Of a DNA stretch of 64,000 nt, positions 25,661 through 38,299 are shown one piece after another. The notes beneath the pieces were generated by a model. That model ran no database searches. It was given only the letters and a program-made list of their open reading frames with translations, and was not told where the DNA came from. The stretch spans positions 53,134,001 to 53,198,000 of the forward strand of contig NC_043010.1 in NCBI RefSeq assembly GCF_006345805.1, given 5' to 3'. Both the position numbers and the translations under genes were made by a program. This stretch comes from Octopus sinensis. Its lineage: Eukaryota. Position 1 is the stretch's first letter; each line of letters begins with the position of its first letter.

Positions 25661-26138
25661 TACACAGAGCAATATTGGTATATTTATTGGTTGGCAAATA
25701 TAAGAACAAATCAGATTTTATGACTATGCCATCTGAAATGTCTGTCTACTCGACCAACTCTACCCGAAACAGATGCTATCCTCTGTCTTCTCTCACCCTT
25801 AAATATACAAAGGATTTGATAAACTTGTCTATAAATTAAAACTGACCACCGTAATTAAAACTAAATAACAGAAAAATCAGTGACAAGCAGTGCCATCTTG
25901 AAAAAAATTTGTTGTTGGTAATACATGTTCTTTGTCTATCTCCTTATCCTCTTGGAGAATTTGAGTAACATTATACTAATCTGTCCTAATTTAATTAAAT
26001 TCTATGTCTTTGTGCAGCTGAAGATTGCACTACATTTTAATGAAATGATTGCATTGTTCAATTAAATAGAATCGCATGAAACGATCATACTGCATTACCT
26101 CTGGATATCCTTGTTGCTTATTTTGATGATATATATAT

Positions 26139-26176
<38 letters not shown>

Positions 26177-26624
26177 GATATATATATATATATGTATATA
26201 TATGTACGTATAACAAAATATACAGAGTAGGAAAATTATAGAAATTTTTCTACCAGTGGCTAGCATGTTTAAATAGGCAGTAGACAACATATTTTTCATA
26301 TAAAATAAGTGTACATTTAAGCACAAAAGACATGACCATAACAGGGCACCTTACACTGTTCCTTCTAGCATGTAAGGGGCTCTGTTATGGTCACCTCTTT
26401 TGTGTTTAATGTACAGTAATTTTATATTATTTATATATATATATATAATATATATATATATATAGATATATATATATATATACATGTGTGTGTGTGTATC
26501 ATTTAAAGAAAAACCTCTATTAAATAATTCAATAATGAAAGATGTTATTCACATCACATATCTTGTGAAATTTGATTTAAGATTGTTAAATTGAATTTTT
26601 CCCTGTAACTTTTGGAATTATATT

Positions 26625-26677
<53 letters not shown>

Positions 26678-26697
26678 TTATTATTATTATTATTATA

Positions 26698-26739
<42 letters not shown>

Positions 26740-26740
<1 letters not shown>

Positions 26741-27127
26741 CGAGCAAAACGCTCCCCGTCCAATGGACGGTGCTGAGTTGGAATAGAAATATAGTCTATT
26801 TTTATTTCTTCCTTTGCTGGTGTCTCAAATTCAGGTTAAATCAGTGTTTCTCAAAGGGGAGGCCTATGGGACGGTCGGACAAGTTGTTTTGAGAAAATGT
26901 GCAACACCTTCCAACAGCTGATATACTTGCGCGTACAAATGAACTTTCCTACGGCTCTATCGATCGCATTCTCACCTGGAATCGATTTTTGTAATTTTTT
27001 CAAGATTTATAAACGCCCTGATACCGTCGGTATCTTCATATCAAATTTGAGTGCAATCGGATGGAGGATGCCCGAGATCCTAGACGACACACACACAGAC
27101 AGACAGAACGGATTTTATATAATAGAT
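26740..27127 (+). mobile_element. Second Helitron-like non-autonomous element
   Basis: Starts ACGAGC plus hairpin CCGTCCAATGGACGG; ends caaatttgagtgcaatcggatg...acagacagacagaacggattttatataatagat. Confidence 0.55.
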
Positions 27128-27181
27128 ATATGTAACTTTTGGAATTATATTCCCTATTATTATAGTTATAATTCTTATTCG

Positions 27182-27375
27182 CGTGTGTATCGTTGGCGAA
27201 TTTTTTCCTCCGTCTTCCCTTCCTTGGATCTTCCCTTTTCCTATGTTTCTGACGAAGAACTCTGCTCGAAACGTTATATTTTCCTTTCTTTTCTTTCCTG
27301 AGCGTCCAATAACACTATACTTGCTCCACGTTCTCGCCTTGTGTTTTCTCTTTGTGTTTTCATGTTTGGATTAAC
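27182..27375 (+). mobile_element. HHR-bearing family K, copy 2
   Basis: GTTT-CTGACGA-AGAACTCTGCTC-GAAACGT-T at 27245-27275. Confidence 0.8.
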
Positions 27376-27504
27376 TTAACTTTATACACATACATATATA
27401 TATGTACTTATGTATATATACATGCAGATGCATATACGTGTGTATATGCACCTGTGTCTGTGTATGTATATATGTGCATGTATATACATAATAAGTAATA
27501 GACA

Positions 27505-27661
27505 GCAGTGGCTGTGTGGTAAGTACCTTGCTAACTAACCACATGGTTCCGAGTTCAGTCCCACTGCGTGGCATATTGGGCAAGTGTCTTCTGCTATAGC
27601 CCCGGGCCGACCAATGCCTTGTGAGTGGATTTGGTAGACGGAAACTGAAAGAAGCCTGTCG

Positions 27662-27699
<38 letters not shown>

Positions 27700-27923
27700 G
27701 TGTGTGTGTGTGTTTGTGTGTCTGTGTTTGTCCCCTAGCATTGCTTGACAACCGATGCTGGTGTGTTTATGTCCCCGTCACATAGCGGTTCGCCAAAAGA
27801 GACCGATAGAATAAGTACTGGGCTTACAAAAGAATAAGTCCCAGGGTCAAGTTGCTCGATTAAAGGCGGTGCTCCAGCATGGCCGTAGTCAAATTACTGA
27901 AACAAGTAAAAGAGTGAAAGAGT
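27505..27923 (+). mobile_element. SINE family B, full length with internal (TA)n(TG)n
   Basis: Complete head, microsatellite 27662-27720 and tail ending gaaacaagtaaaagagtgaaagagta. Confidence 0.92.
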
Positions 27924-28507
27924 AGACATGACGTAATGAAATTTCGAGCTACAAAATGTTTTTGGGGAGAACATTCACTAGTATGAAATATAAAACTGTA
28001 CTCAACGTCAGTAATATATTCATATATTCATATTTAGCCCAGGGCCGTTCTTCAAACGGATGTTGTACGTTGTTGCTGCAAAAACAACATGCTGGTATTT
28101 TGTCTGTTTTAGTGTATATGCAAGTAAGCCTATAATGCACACACAGCTTTGCTATATGTGCAGTTGTTACGTGTGTGGTGCATGTGTATTCATTCGTATA
28201 TGCATATTTTTATGTACCTATTACACACACAACACACACATACATTGACGTACATATACACACACGACACACAAGCACATTCATATATGCTACATTAGTG
28301 CATATATGTCTATAGATAAAAAAAGAAAAAGACTGTGTTTATTTCTGCCGTCTTTGGGAAAATCTTAATGTTTTTCCTATAAGTCTTCTAATATTTTCTT
28401 CTTGTATTCCATTTGTCTTCTTTTAGTTATTCTTAATCTTGTTACCTTAATTCGCTCTTCATTATTTTCATATTATTTCTTCTCTCAACCTCTTTCTCTC
28501 TCTCTCC

Positions 28508-28540
<33 letters not shown>

Positions 28541-28745
28541 CATCTATCCTTCTCTTCCTTCCTACCTGCTTAAAGATTTCCTTAACTTTGTCTCTACCAA
28601 AATATGTCTTCATTTCCTTTTTCTTCACCCAAATTTACCCTAACATTCTCGGATAGTAAACACGAAATTCTTTTTTCTCTGTCTGTCTGTTTGTCTGCCC
28701 CTCTCTCTCTCTCTCCCTCTCTCTCTTTCTCCGTATATATCTATG

Positions 28746-29910
28746 TATTAGGTTATCCCAATAATAATACAGTTGCTTAAGCTACCTGCATCAACTTACT
28801 ATAAAAGCAGGTAATAATTTTACCTTGCCCTTATTCTTAGAGCAAATTTTGAAGAATGCAGTTCGATTTTAACAGTTATCTTTTCAAAGCTATAATGGAA
28901 GTGACAAAGTGGCATATTTGGTATATTCTTCTTTATGAGTTCAATAAAGGCGAGAACGCCATGGAAAATGCGAGGAATATGAATGGAGTATATGGAGATC
29001 GGATGATAAGCGTAAGCCGGTCTCAACGGTGTTTCCAGAAATTCCGAACCGGAAACTACAGCCTAGAATACGAGTTCGTCCTGGATGATCTGTAGAGCTC
29101 GATGAGGACGTCCTGCAAATCCTGGTGGAACAATATCCCATCGTAACTGTTGAGGAACTAGCAGAGAAGCTTGAATTTGTTCATTCAACCGTTCATTGCC
29201 ACCTGCGTACCATAGGAAAAGTCAGCAAATTGGGTCAGCGGGTCCCGCAAAAACTTTCCGAGTCTAATCGCGCGCAGAGAGTAGATGTGTTCTCTTCTTT
29301 GCTGTGACATCTCACAAATGAACCTTTTGTGGACCGAATACTGACTGGTGACGACAAATGGGTTCTCTATAAAAATGTGAAGCACCGAAGTCTGTGGGTA
29401 TGGAAATGAGAGACACTGGTGTCGCAGGCTAAAGGTTTTCACTTATGCAGGGCAATTTTATTTGTTTGGTGGGATATGAAAGGTTTATTCCACTTTGAAC
29501 TTTTAAACCAAAACCAGACGATAACAAAAGAGATCATCTGTGAGCAACTTCGGCGGCTTAAGTCAGCGCTAGAAGAAAAACGATCATCTTTGGTTTAAAG
29601 ACGAAAAGTGTTCTTCCATCAGGATAATGCTCCGCTACATATAACGAGAATGACATTCCAAAGACTGGAGCAGTCTAAATGGGAAGCCATGCCCCAGCCA
29701 TCACATCACCGGACATTGCCCCATCTGATTCTCATTTATTTCGCAGTTTTCAAAATCATTTGGACGGAAAAACTATGAATTCTGTAGACGAGGTCAGAAC
29801 AGTACTGGAGGAGCATTTTTTGTCACGGACAAGGGAATTTTGCAAGTGAATGAAGGAGAGTATGTGTTATATTAAAGACTTTTATCTTCATTTTGAAAAA
29901 TAAAGGAAGC
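28746..29910 (+). mobile_element. Mariner (DD34D) transposon, decayed transposase pseudogene
   Basis: Left TIR TATTAGGTTATCCCAATAATAAT; MEVTKWHIWYILLYEFNKG, QRVPQKL (WVPHEL motif), RILTGDDKWVLY, HQDNAP, PDIAPSD; multiple stops and frameshifts. Confidence 0.93.
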
Positions 29911-30013
<103 letters not shown>

Positions 30014-30069
30014 GTGTGTGTGTGTGTCTGTGTGTGTGTATATATATGTTTAAATATATATATATATAA

Positions 30070-30262
30070 AGTTAATCCAAACATGAAAACACAAGAAACA
30101 TAACAACGCGAGGACATGGAACAAGTATAATGTTAATGGACGCTCAGGAAAAGAAAGAAAGGAGAAGGATTTAACGTTTCGGGCGGAGCTCTTCGTCAGA
30201 AACATAGGAAAAGGAAAGATCCAAGGAATGGAAAACTGAGGAAAAAAATCACCAACGATACA
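30070..30262 (-). mobile_element. HHR-bearing family K, copy 3
   Basis: Reverse complement GTTT-CTGACGA-AGAGCTCCGCCC-GAAACGT-T-AAAT (30169-30203). Confidence 0.8.
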
Positions 30263-30354
30263 CAAACAAGGGCAAAAGAAAGAATAGATTTCTATGTCGT
30301 ATACACACACACATATATATGTGTGCGTGTGTGTGCGTGTGTGTGTGTTTGCGC

Positions 30355-30388
<34 letters not shown>

Positions 30389-30407
30389 ATATGTTTGTGT
30401 GTCTATG

Positions 30408-30605
30408 TTTGTCACCTCGACATCGCTTGACAACCGATGCTGGTGTGTTTATTTCCCCGTAACTTAGCGGTTCGGCAAAAGAGAGATAAAAAGTAGTAAG
30501 CTTACAAAGAATAAGTCTTGGGGTCGATTTGCTCGACTACAGGCGGTGCTCCAGCATGGCTGCAGTCGAATGCTTGAAACGAATAAAATAATAAAAGTAT
30601 AAAAG
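30408..30605 (+). mobile_element. SINE family B, 3' half
   Basis: catcgcttgacaaccgatgctggtgtg...aggcggtgctccagcatggctgcagtc. Confidence 0.85.
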
Positions 30606-30894
30606 AATATATATATTTTCTTATATAACTTAACATAAAAATATACTTTTTCATATATATTATATTATATATATATATATGTGTGTATGTGTGTGTGTGT
30701 CTGCGTACGAGCGCAAACACACACATACACATATCTGGTAGTTACTGAAAATGTCTGAAACAAGGACTTTTTATGGCATCATGGCTTCACCTCCTTTGCT
30801 TTTGTCCTCCATTTTGCAGTAATATCTTGATCACGTCTTGAAATAACTCAATGTTCGATAAGTTAAGTGGTATAGAAGTCTAAAGCCTAAATAG

Positions 30895-30929
<35 letters not shown>

Positions 30930-31009
30930 CTATACATTCTATGTAAACATTACACTCCTAAGTACATTAGCATCAAAACCTTATATACAAAACTATTGAT
31001 CTTCAGACA

Positions 31010-31116
31010 CGAGGGTGTGCCAAAACGTTCATGGCTTTGGGTAAAAGAAAATACAGCAGTATCAGTTAATTATGACTTTATCTAACATAGTCGCCTCTTA
31101 GATTCCTACACTTATT
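31010..31116. mobile_element. Terminal fragment of a second mariner-like family; also at 46467-46560 and, reversed, at 36620-36682
   Basis: CGAGGG(T/G)GTGC.AAAA.TTC.TGGCTTTGGGTAAAAGAAAATAC at three loci; resembles irritans-type (Hsmar2-like) TIRs. Confidence 0.6.
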
Positions 31117-31354
31117 GCTGAGATGACCGCAACCTCTCTGCAAATATATCATATTATCAGTAGAATTTATTTACTGATCACCGAAATTAGAAATATTGAA
31201 TTTCTAAATGTCTCAGAGAGACATAAGCGGTGGTGAGGTGATATAGTGGTCGTATACTGTCAACTCAATGTGACAGTAAGTGTAAGGGAATTACACCACT
31301 GCCATTTAGCCCTAGAAAACATCGACGTCTCCTGTCGGCATGGACACATTTTCT

Positions 31355-31400
31355 GACATATGTTTCTGAGTGTATTGCTCATCGTCAGTTCAGGGTAGCC
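31355..31400 (-). ncRNA. Hammerhead copy lacking the 3' strand of stem I
   Basis: Identical to 31542-31587 up to GTC, then jumps to agaaaatgtgtc. Confidence 0.8.
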
Positions 31401-31541
31401 TGCCTCGTTCGCTGAGATGACCGCAACCTCTCTGCAAATATATCATATTATCAGTAAAATTTATTTACTGATCACTGAAATTAGAAATATCGAATTTCTA
31501 AATGTCTCAGAGAGACATACGCGGTGGTGAAGCCATATAGT

Positions 31542-31597
31542 GGCTACCCTGAACTGACGATGAGCAATACACTCAGAAACATATGTCTTCAGGTGCC
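31542..31597 (+). ncRNA. Type I hammerhead ribozyme, intact
   Basis: Stem I CCTGAA/TTCAGG (extendable GGC/GCC), core CTGACGA 31554-31560, stem II TGAG-caataca-CTCA, GAAAC-ATAT-GTC; predicted cleavage after 31587. Confidence 0.88.
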
Positions 31598-31828
31598 TTG
31601 TCCCGGCTTACGTAGTCATTGCCTCCTCTTTGCAAATATAAGGACACAGAAAATGTGTCAAAGTCGACAGGAGACGTCGATGTTTCTTAGGGCTAAATGG
31701 CGGTGGTGTAATCCCCTCACGGGACTGTCACATTGAGTTGACAGTATACGACTACTATATCGCTTCACCACCGCTTATGTCTCTCTGAGAAATTTAGAAA
31801 TTCAATATTTCTAATATATGTATATGTG

Positions 31829-31938
<110 letters not shown>

Positions 31939-31941
31939 AAC

Positions 31942-32185
31942 TTGCAGCGTGGAAGGTGCTTATATGCCATTTAAAATACACAAAAACCGTTAGATCCACT
32001 TCCACATTTTTCAAATTATTTTCATCGCTTTGAAACCGTGACCTGTTCAGTTACAAAATTTCATAGAATCTAACTGTTTTTGTGTGTTTGTAAATGGCTT
32101 ATAAACACCTTCCACGCTGCAATTATTTTTGTTTCAGCACACTACCTCAGATCAAGTCAAGTGCTATGCAAGTACATCTCCGTGA
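31942..32185. mobile_element. Repeat family I with inverted termini; relatives at 42900-43094 and 21421-21475
   Basis: ttgcagcgtggaaggtg... / ...caccttccacgctgcaa arms; decayed HHR on the minus strand at ~32005-32057. Confidence 0.75.
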
Positions 32186-32289
32186 AAGGCAACGTTGACA
32201 AAGGCAAAGTTTATGAAGTTTAAGCTGACAAGGGCAGAGTTGACAAAGGGATAGATGACATCGGCATAGTTGACTCAGAACATTTAAAA

Positions 32290-32615
32290 GAGGAGCACTC
32301 TGTCGGTTACGAGGACGAGGGTCCCAGCTGATATGATCAACGGAACAGCTTGCTCGTGAAATTAACGTACAAGTGGCTGAGCACTCTACAGACACGTGTA
32401 CCCGGATCGTAGTTCTCAGGGAGGTTCAAGTTACACACAGTGTGACAATGCTGGCTCTTTGAAATACAGGTACTACTCCTTTTTGCCAGCTGAGTGGACT
32501 GAAGAAACGTGAAATAAAGTGTTTTGCTCAAGGACACAACGCAACGCCGGAAATTGAACTCACGCCCTTACGAACGTGAGCCAATTGCCCAAACTATTAA
32601 GCCACGCTCCTTCCC
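32290..32615 (-). mobile_element. SINE family C nested in a decayed SINE family A
   Basis: TSD-like actcagaacatttaaaa (32273) / actcagaacataaaaa (32616); family A sequence continues on both sides. Confidence 0.85.
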
Positions 32616-32753
32616 ACTCAGAACATAAAAACTGACGAAATTTTGCCTGGCGTGCAGATGATTCTCCCAGCTCGCAGCCATATCACTATTATATATTAAC
32701 AATCTTAATATAACACAACATTGTCAATGTATCTTCACTTGCAGCTGCATGTA

Positions 32754-33271
32754 CTGGGTTGTCCGGAAAGTTCGTGCCGATTTTTAAAGGAAAGAAAAAG
32801 GTCAATAAGTACTTGCCATTACATTTTTAATCAACCAAATATGAACAATTATGTTGCACAATACGTCTCCATCTTTCCTTTAACTTGAAAATACCCTCTT
32901 CCCAGAATTGAAGGGGTTTCATGGCAAAAATTCATCAAGGTATCTTTTTATGTCATCCAAGGAATTGAAATTTTTATCATTAAGACTATTATGCAGAGTG
33001 CTGAATAAGTGGAAATGCGAAAGAGCAATATCTGGTGAATATGGAGGGTGGGTTAACACATTCCAGCCGAGCTGCAGCAACTTTTATCTGGTTCCCAAAG
33101 CATCAAGTGCCGAAAATGAACTTTCTTATCTTCCATTTTAAAGGGTTACAGAATTAACACAGGTTATAGGAACATAAACTTTCTTCCACGAAAAGATAGC
33201 TTAAACTGACCTCTAAAATAAGTCGAAATTTAAGCTACTATAAATCGGCACGAACTTTCCGGACAACCCAA
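32754..33271 (-). mobile_element. Internally deleted mariner (~520 bp) with both TIRs and TA TSD
   Basis: TA|CTGGGTTGTCCGGAAAGTTCGTGCCGATTT ... AAATCGGCACGAACTTTCCGGACAACCCAA|TA; minus strand LLQLGWNVLTHPPYSPDIALSHFHLF. Confidence 0.93.
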
Positions 33272-36200
33272 TATAATATATTTTTATCAATATTAAAATA
33301 TTTAGAGGAATCAAGGTTAGAAAAAAAAGGGAAACATCAAAATTATTCATAAATATATTGGAGCCATTTGCAAATTTTCATAATTTCAGCAGTTAATTTT
33401 GACAAAATATTTTTGTCCGAATCCCATCCGTTTGTTAACAGAAATCGTTGTTATTAAATTCAGGTGTACACAAGTTATATGGATATTGCCAGAGTAAGTT
33501 CGTAATCGTCGAAAAATAAAGTATGATTTATATTGGTGTTTCTTGTGGTTGTATTATAAATCATAGGTTAAGTTCTAAACTAAACTAAAGCACCGAAGGA
33601 TTGCCTACTTGGAATGATTATGCCTAGTGATGTATGGCATGAAGCAGGAATATATATATATATATATTATATATATATATATATATATATTATATAAAGA
33701 GAGAGAGAGAGATACAGACAGACAAACAGAATAACAGAATGATAGATAGATAAATAGATAAATAGACAGACAGACATATATATATATATATATAATATAT
33801 ATATATTATATATATATATATGTATGTACGCATGTGTTTGTATATGTATACACCTGGAGAGAGAGAGAGAGAGAGAGAGAGAAGGTGGGAGAGAAAGAGA
33901 GAGAGAAAGATGACAGACAGACAGCTAAATAGATGGATGCATAAATATAGAGTAAATGAGAGAAAGAGGGCGATAAAGAAGTTGGAAGAGTTTTACTAGG
34001 TATTTGTTGTCACTTACTAAGCACCAAATAGAGCATGTACTTTAGAAAGGTGTAAAGATCTCAGAAATTACAGGACTCGAAACGACCAATTATATTTGTG
34101 TAGTCGAGCCATTTCAGACAGTATGGCTTTATTTATTAAAATTTGTTCTACTATTTCCTTCATTTTACCTCTGCTAAAACGCTGCCTCAAATTTATGGCT
34201 GTGGTATACGTAGATATTTGCCTTCTGGGCAAAAGTTATCTTTCTTTGCAAGTAACCATCGCTCAAATTATTTCACTTAAAGAAAGAAATCCTATTTCGT
34301 CTTGAAAACTACGTTTGTGCACATTTTCCCCTATTTGATAAATTTTTGTTCACAGAAGCGCACAGCTCAACAGTAAATCATTTCTGTAATCATGAGAAAA
34401 CTGCGACCCATGGAATTTTCTAAATGGCATAATGAACGAAAAAATACCTTGAACTGTTTAGCAGCGCGGCCCACCTGATGATGAGCCAAGTCTCATGCGG
34501 CCCGCTTCTCGAAAACGGTTGCCCATAATTGTGCAACATCTCCGGCAACATCCCGGCAGCTTGACCATATCACCTTTAAAGAATTACTTAGTACTACACT
34601 GTGTAATATGCCTGGTTTTTTGAAGGCTCCTTAATGTAATATGAGCACGAATCGGCTCCTACTCTTTGTAGTTCAAGCGACGAAGCAGAGGCCTCTAGTT
34701 CATCATTTTTCATGCAATGTTTAAGTTCATGTAAGGCCTCATCTATTCAACGTTAACCACACATCTACACATATATGTGTAGACCTAAGCAAGATGCTTT
34801 GACGAAAGTTAGCAGGTTCCAAATCTTTCTCACATCACATCCTACCATCTTAAATAGAAAAGCATGTGGCTGAGCGAATCTCTATGATGTTACTCGATCT
34901 GCTAAAGCCGGCAACCGAATCTTGCTTAAATCATGGCATACTGCCTAAAATATGAAAGCAACTCAATGAAGACAGGAACATACATTTAATCAGCTTACGC
35001 TCCTCCAGGTCTCAACGTTTGAAATAAAGAAACGAGTCGATATAAGAGGGTTCTTACTTTATTAAGGTTTAAATGATTTTATGTTTTTGATATTGTCCTT
35101 TTGTTTATGATCTGTCCCATATGATTAAAATGTCTACCTCCCCTCTCCGCGATGTTTACCAATCTTTATCTAAGAGAAAGGTCCATCGTAGTAGGCCACC
35201 ACTAGAGCCGGGTACCACTGTGATTGCAGGCTTTGTTGTCTAGACGTTAAAAAACATGTACAAAAAGAAGCATCAAAGGTCCTTCCCGAGTCATTGGTTC
35301 GTATGGATGATTTCCCTGATTTTGTGACGCAGGGAAAAATTATGAATGTGTGAAAAAATAAGGAAAGGACAAAGAATGAATGGATGAAATAAAGAGAAAG
35401 GTAAAAAGAATTAATTAATAAAAGGAGAAAGAAAAATAATGAATGAGTGAATGAACGAATGGATACAAGTACGAATAAAAAAATTAATGCATGAAAATAA
35501 AAAGAGGATGAAGAAATGAACGAAAGAATGACATGAAAGGAATTGAAGGAAAAAAATGAATGAAAGAATAAAAGAAAGAAAGCAACAATGACCAAGTGCA
35601 TTCAATCCGTGACCATCACGTTTTTGTGGGTTGAGTCAAGTAAGACTATATAATCTTGTAGGGTTACAGCTTTGAAGATCCATGTTGGCACAACTATGAC
35701 CCAGCTGTATTTAAGACGGTCCGATCTGAACTGAGGGTGACTTGGCTACTATTTATAGCAGTCGGTCCTGGAGAACCGGTCAAACATATTTTTACTCTTT
35801 CATCGACTTTTTTTATTGAAGTCAATGTGCTGTGATTTAAGTAAAGGAAGATTAGCTCATTTTTTCTAGCAGTTCTGGACACCTCATGAGGACTCCTTCA
35901 TCGAGGGATTTAATAGTTAAGACATTAGGATGTGATTTGATGAAGATTATGCTCCTATTTCTAGCGGGTGGGAAAACCACGAAATGGCTCTCCAACATTA
36001 TTCGATGCAGTATTTTGGTAGTTTATACATTGGTAAATCTACCAATTATCTCTTCAGGAAATCTCATCAAATCTAGAGATTCTGAGAATTGATAGTCGCA
36101 TAGAAAAATCTGCATTGTGTTCATGTGGAACAGAACTTCAACAAAATTGAGAACAAAAAACGTATATAAACATAGCATTCTGTATATCTTCATTTTATTG

Positions 36201-36694
36201 TGGTTTTACAGTTAAGAGTCAAAAAACTGCAGTATTCGTCTTCAGAAAGAATGTCGTGTAGACGCATAGTACTAAAAACCAGGGATCAAGATTTATGATT
36301 TTTGGGGGGTCTTTTTTGTTAGTGATTACGCTCAAAGAAGCATAAATCGAGATTCTGAAATTCCATGGTTGGCACTGAACAATTTTCATCTGCTTTTATG
36401 CTTTTTAGCAATATACGACTAGGAGATGCCTTCTCAGAACAAATACTATTGTTTTCTGGCTTTCGACAATATTATATCCACATTAAGTTAGATACACGAG
36501 GAGATGCAGGGATGTTTTTAGCTTTAAGAGTATCGAGAAAGGCCTGGCTGTAGGCCCAACCTTCCGGGTTCTTTTACAATGTTAAGACAAACTGAAGTGG
36601 GAATATGTTACACAAATTCATAATCTATCTTCCAGTATTTTCTTTTACCTAAAAGCCAGGAACTTTTCAGTACCCCGTTGTACAGAATGATAAT

Positions 36695-36925
36695 TTCTAA
36701 CTAATACTGCTCCCGTCGCTGATAAAATATTATGGTCCGTCGCAGGTGAGCTGCAAGAGGAAAGAGTGAGAGAAAGTTGTGGCGAAAGAATTAGCAGAAG
36801 TTTCGCCATTACCTTCTGCCGGAGCTTAGGTGTTTCGCTCATAAACACACACATCGTCAAGTCTGAAATTCGAACCCGCGATCCCTCGACCCCGCTGCTC
36901 TAACCACTATGCCATGTGCCTCCAC
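36695..36925 (-). mobile_element. tRNA-derived SINE (another family)
   Basis: Reverse complement gtggaggcacatggcatagtggttagagc...gggttcgaatttc (A and B boxes), followed by a non-tRNA body. Confidence 0.8.
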
Positions 36926-37752
36926 TTGATAAAAGATATGTAAATAAATTTTAAAAATGAATGCAATAGAACCCTAATTTATTGGCTCTATTCTGTATTT
37001 AAGAATAGCCAAGTCACCATCTAAATTGAGGGCGACGTGGCTATTATGGACCGATCAAGTATATTTTCACTCTATTACTGACTGACGTGGCTACAAACTT
37101 TAGCAGTTTTGGAGAATTGATCAAATGTATGTTCCCTCCTTCAGTTACTCGCTTTATATTTCACAAAATGTGGTGTGATTTGAGCAAGATTTTGTTGCTG
37201 GTTTTAGCCGGTGAATCGACCATATAGACGTTCTCTTATCGACACGTTTTTATATTCAAAACGGTAGGATGTGATATGAGGGCCATCCGGCTTCTTTTTG
37301 TAGCCGGTCGAGCGACCACGTAGAGGGTTCCTCCCATTGACACATATCCATATTTGAAGTGGTAAGTTATTATATGAAGACGATCTAGCTTCTTTATATT
37401 TCTAGCTAATCGATCGATTACGTAGTGTTCAGCACATCGACACATTTTCATATTGAAGACGGTCAGATGAGATATGAAGATGATCGAGCTTCTATTTGTA
37501 GCTGGTCGAACAGCCACATGGAGCGTTCATCACATCAACACACTTCCATATTGAAGACGGGAGGATATGATATGTAAAGCATTCGGTTTCTATTTCTAAC
37601 TGGTCGAGTGGCCACGTAGGGGATTCCTCACAGCAACACATTTTAAATTCTCAAACGGTAGGATGTGATATGAAGAAGATTCGGCTTCTATTTCTAGCTG
37701 ATCGACTGACTACACGGAGGGTTCTTCATTGGCAAGTTTCAATATTTTAGAC

Positions 37753-38299
37753 CACTGGTGTTCAACTTGAGTCCATAATGTCCTTGGGGGCCCATATAAG
37801 ATTTTGTTGATGAAATTTATCGGTAATAAATTAGATATATTTTTACAATACAGAAAATATTTAAAATTTTTAAATACAAGTCTTAATAATATTTAATTAT
37901 ATAAATACAATAAAACACGGCCATATGGCGTAGTGGTTAAGAGCGCGGGCTTCTAGCCCCAAGACTCCGAGTTCGATTCCAAGCAGTGACCTGAACAATA
38001 ATAATAATAATGATAATAATAATAATAATAATCACATCGGAAAATACGTTAGGAATACCTAGGTTCGAAAATTTCCCAAGACCCCTGAAGAAGGTTGGAG
38101 GTTATATCAGCCGAAACGTTGTATTAACAACAAACAAGATGAGGACAAATATCTGTCGAACTGTCGAATGTAAAACATGTACAGTAAGACTTGTTTTATA
38201 TACAGCAAATGCGCTATGGGGTTCCAGCAGAGAAGAATAGCAATGAAAAGGGGTTTTCATAGGTAAAAAAAACACAAAACAAATGATTGAGAACCACTG
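37753..38299. mobile_element. hAT (Charlie-like) MITE with a perfect 8-bp TSD
   Basis: TTTTAGAC|CACTGGTGTTCAA ... TTGAGAACCACTG|TTTTAGAC. Confidence 0.88.
37918..38180 (+). mobile_element. tRNA-headed SINE-like element with a 3' hammerhead motif
   Basis: A box TGGCGTAGTGG (37926), B box GAGTTCGATTCC (37969), (AAT)n spacer, CTGAAGA-AGGTTGG...TCAGCC-GAAACGT-T (38085-38120). Confidence 0.75.

Larger units (their letters stand above)
31117..31815. mobile_element. Retrozyme/Penelope-like unit: minus-strand tandem copies (31117-31410, 31411-31543) plus an inverted plus-strand copy (31542-31815)
   Basis: gctgagatgaccgcaacctctctgc at 31117 and 31411 (period 294); 31542-31815 is the reverse complement of ~31187-31400 plus 60 extra nt; each orientation carries an HHR core. 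Confidence 0.88.

Noticed and set aside
35100-35345. Possible coding exon in a GC-richer island
   Set aside because: Frames are short or stopped, with no recognisable protein family or clear splice sites.
36825-36845. TTATGAGCGAAAC (minus strand) as a hammerhead core
   Set aside because: No stem II; it aligns with the SINE core motif cttgagcaagacac.
37165-37745. CRISPR-like repeat-spacer array
   Set aside because: Units are similar over their whole length with no unique spacers; eukaryotic context and no cas genes.
37918-37995. Functional tRNA gene
   Set aside because: A and B boxes are present but the acceptor stem does not close; treated as a SINE head. The same applies to the other SINE heads.
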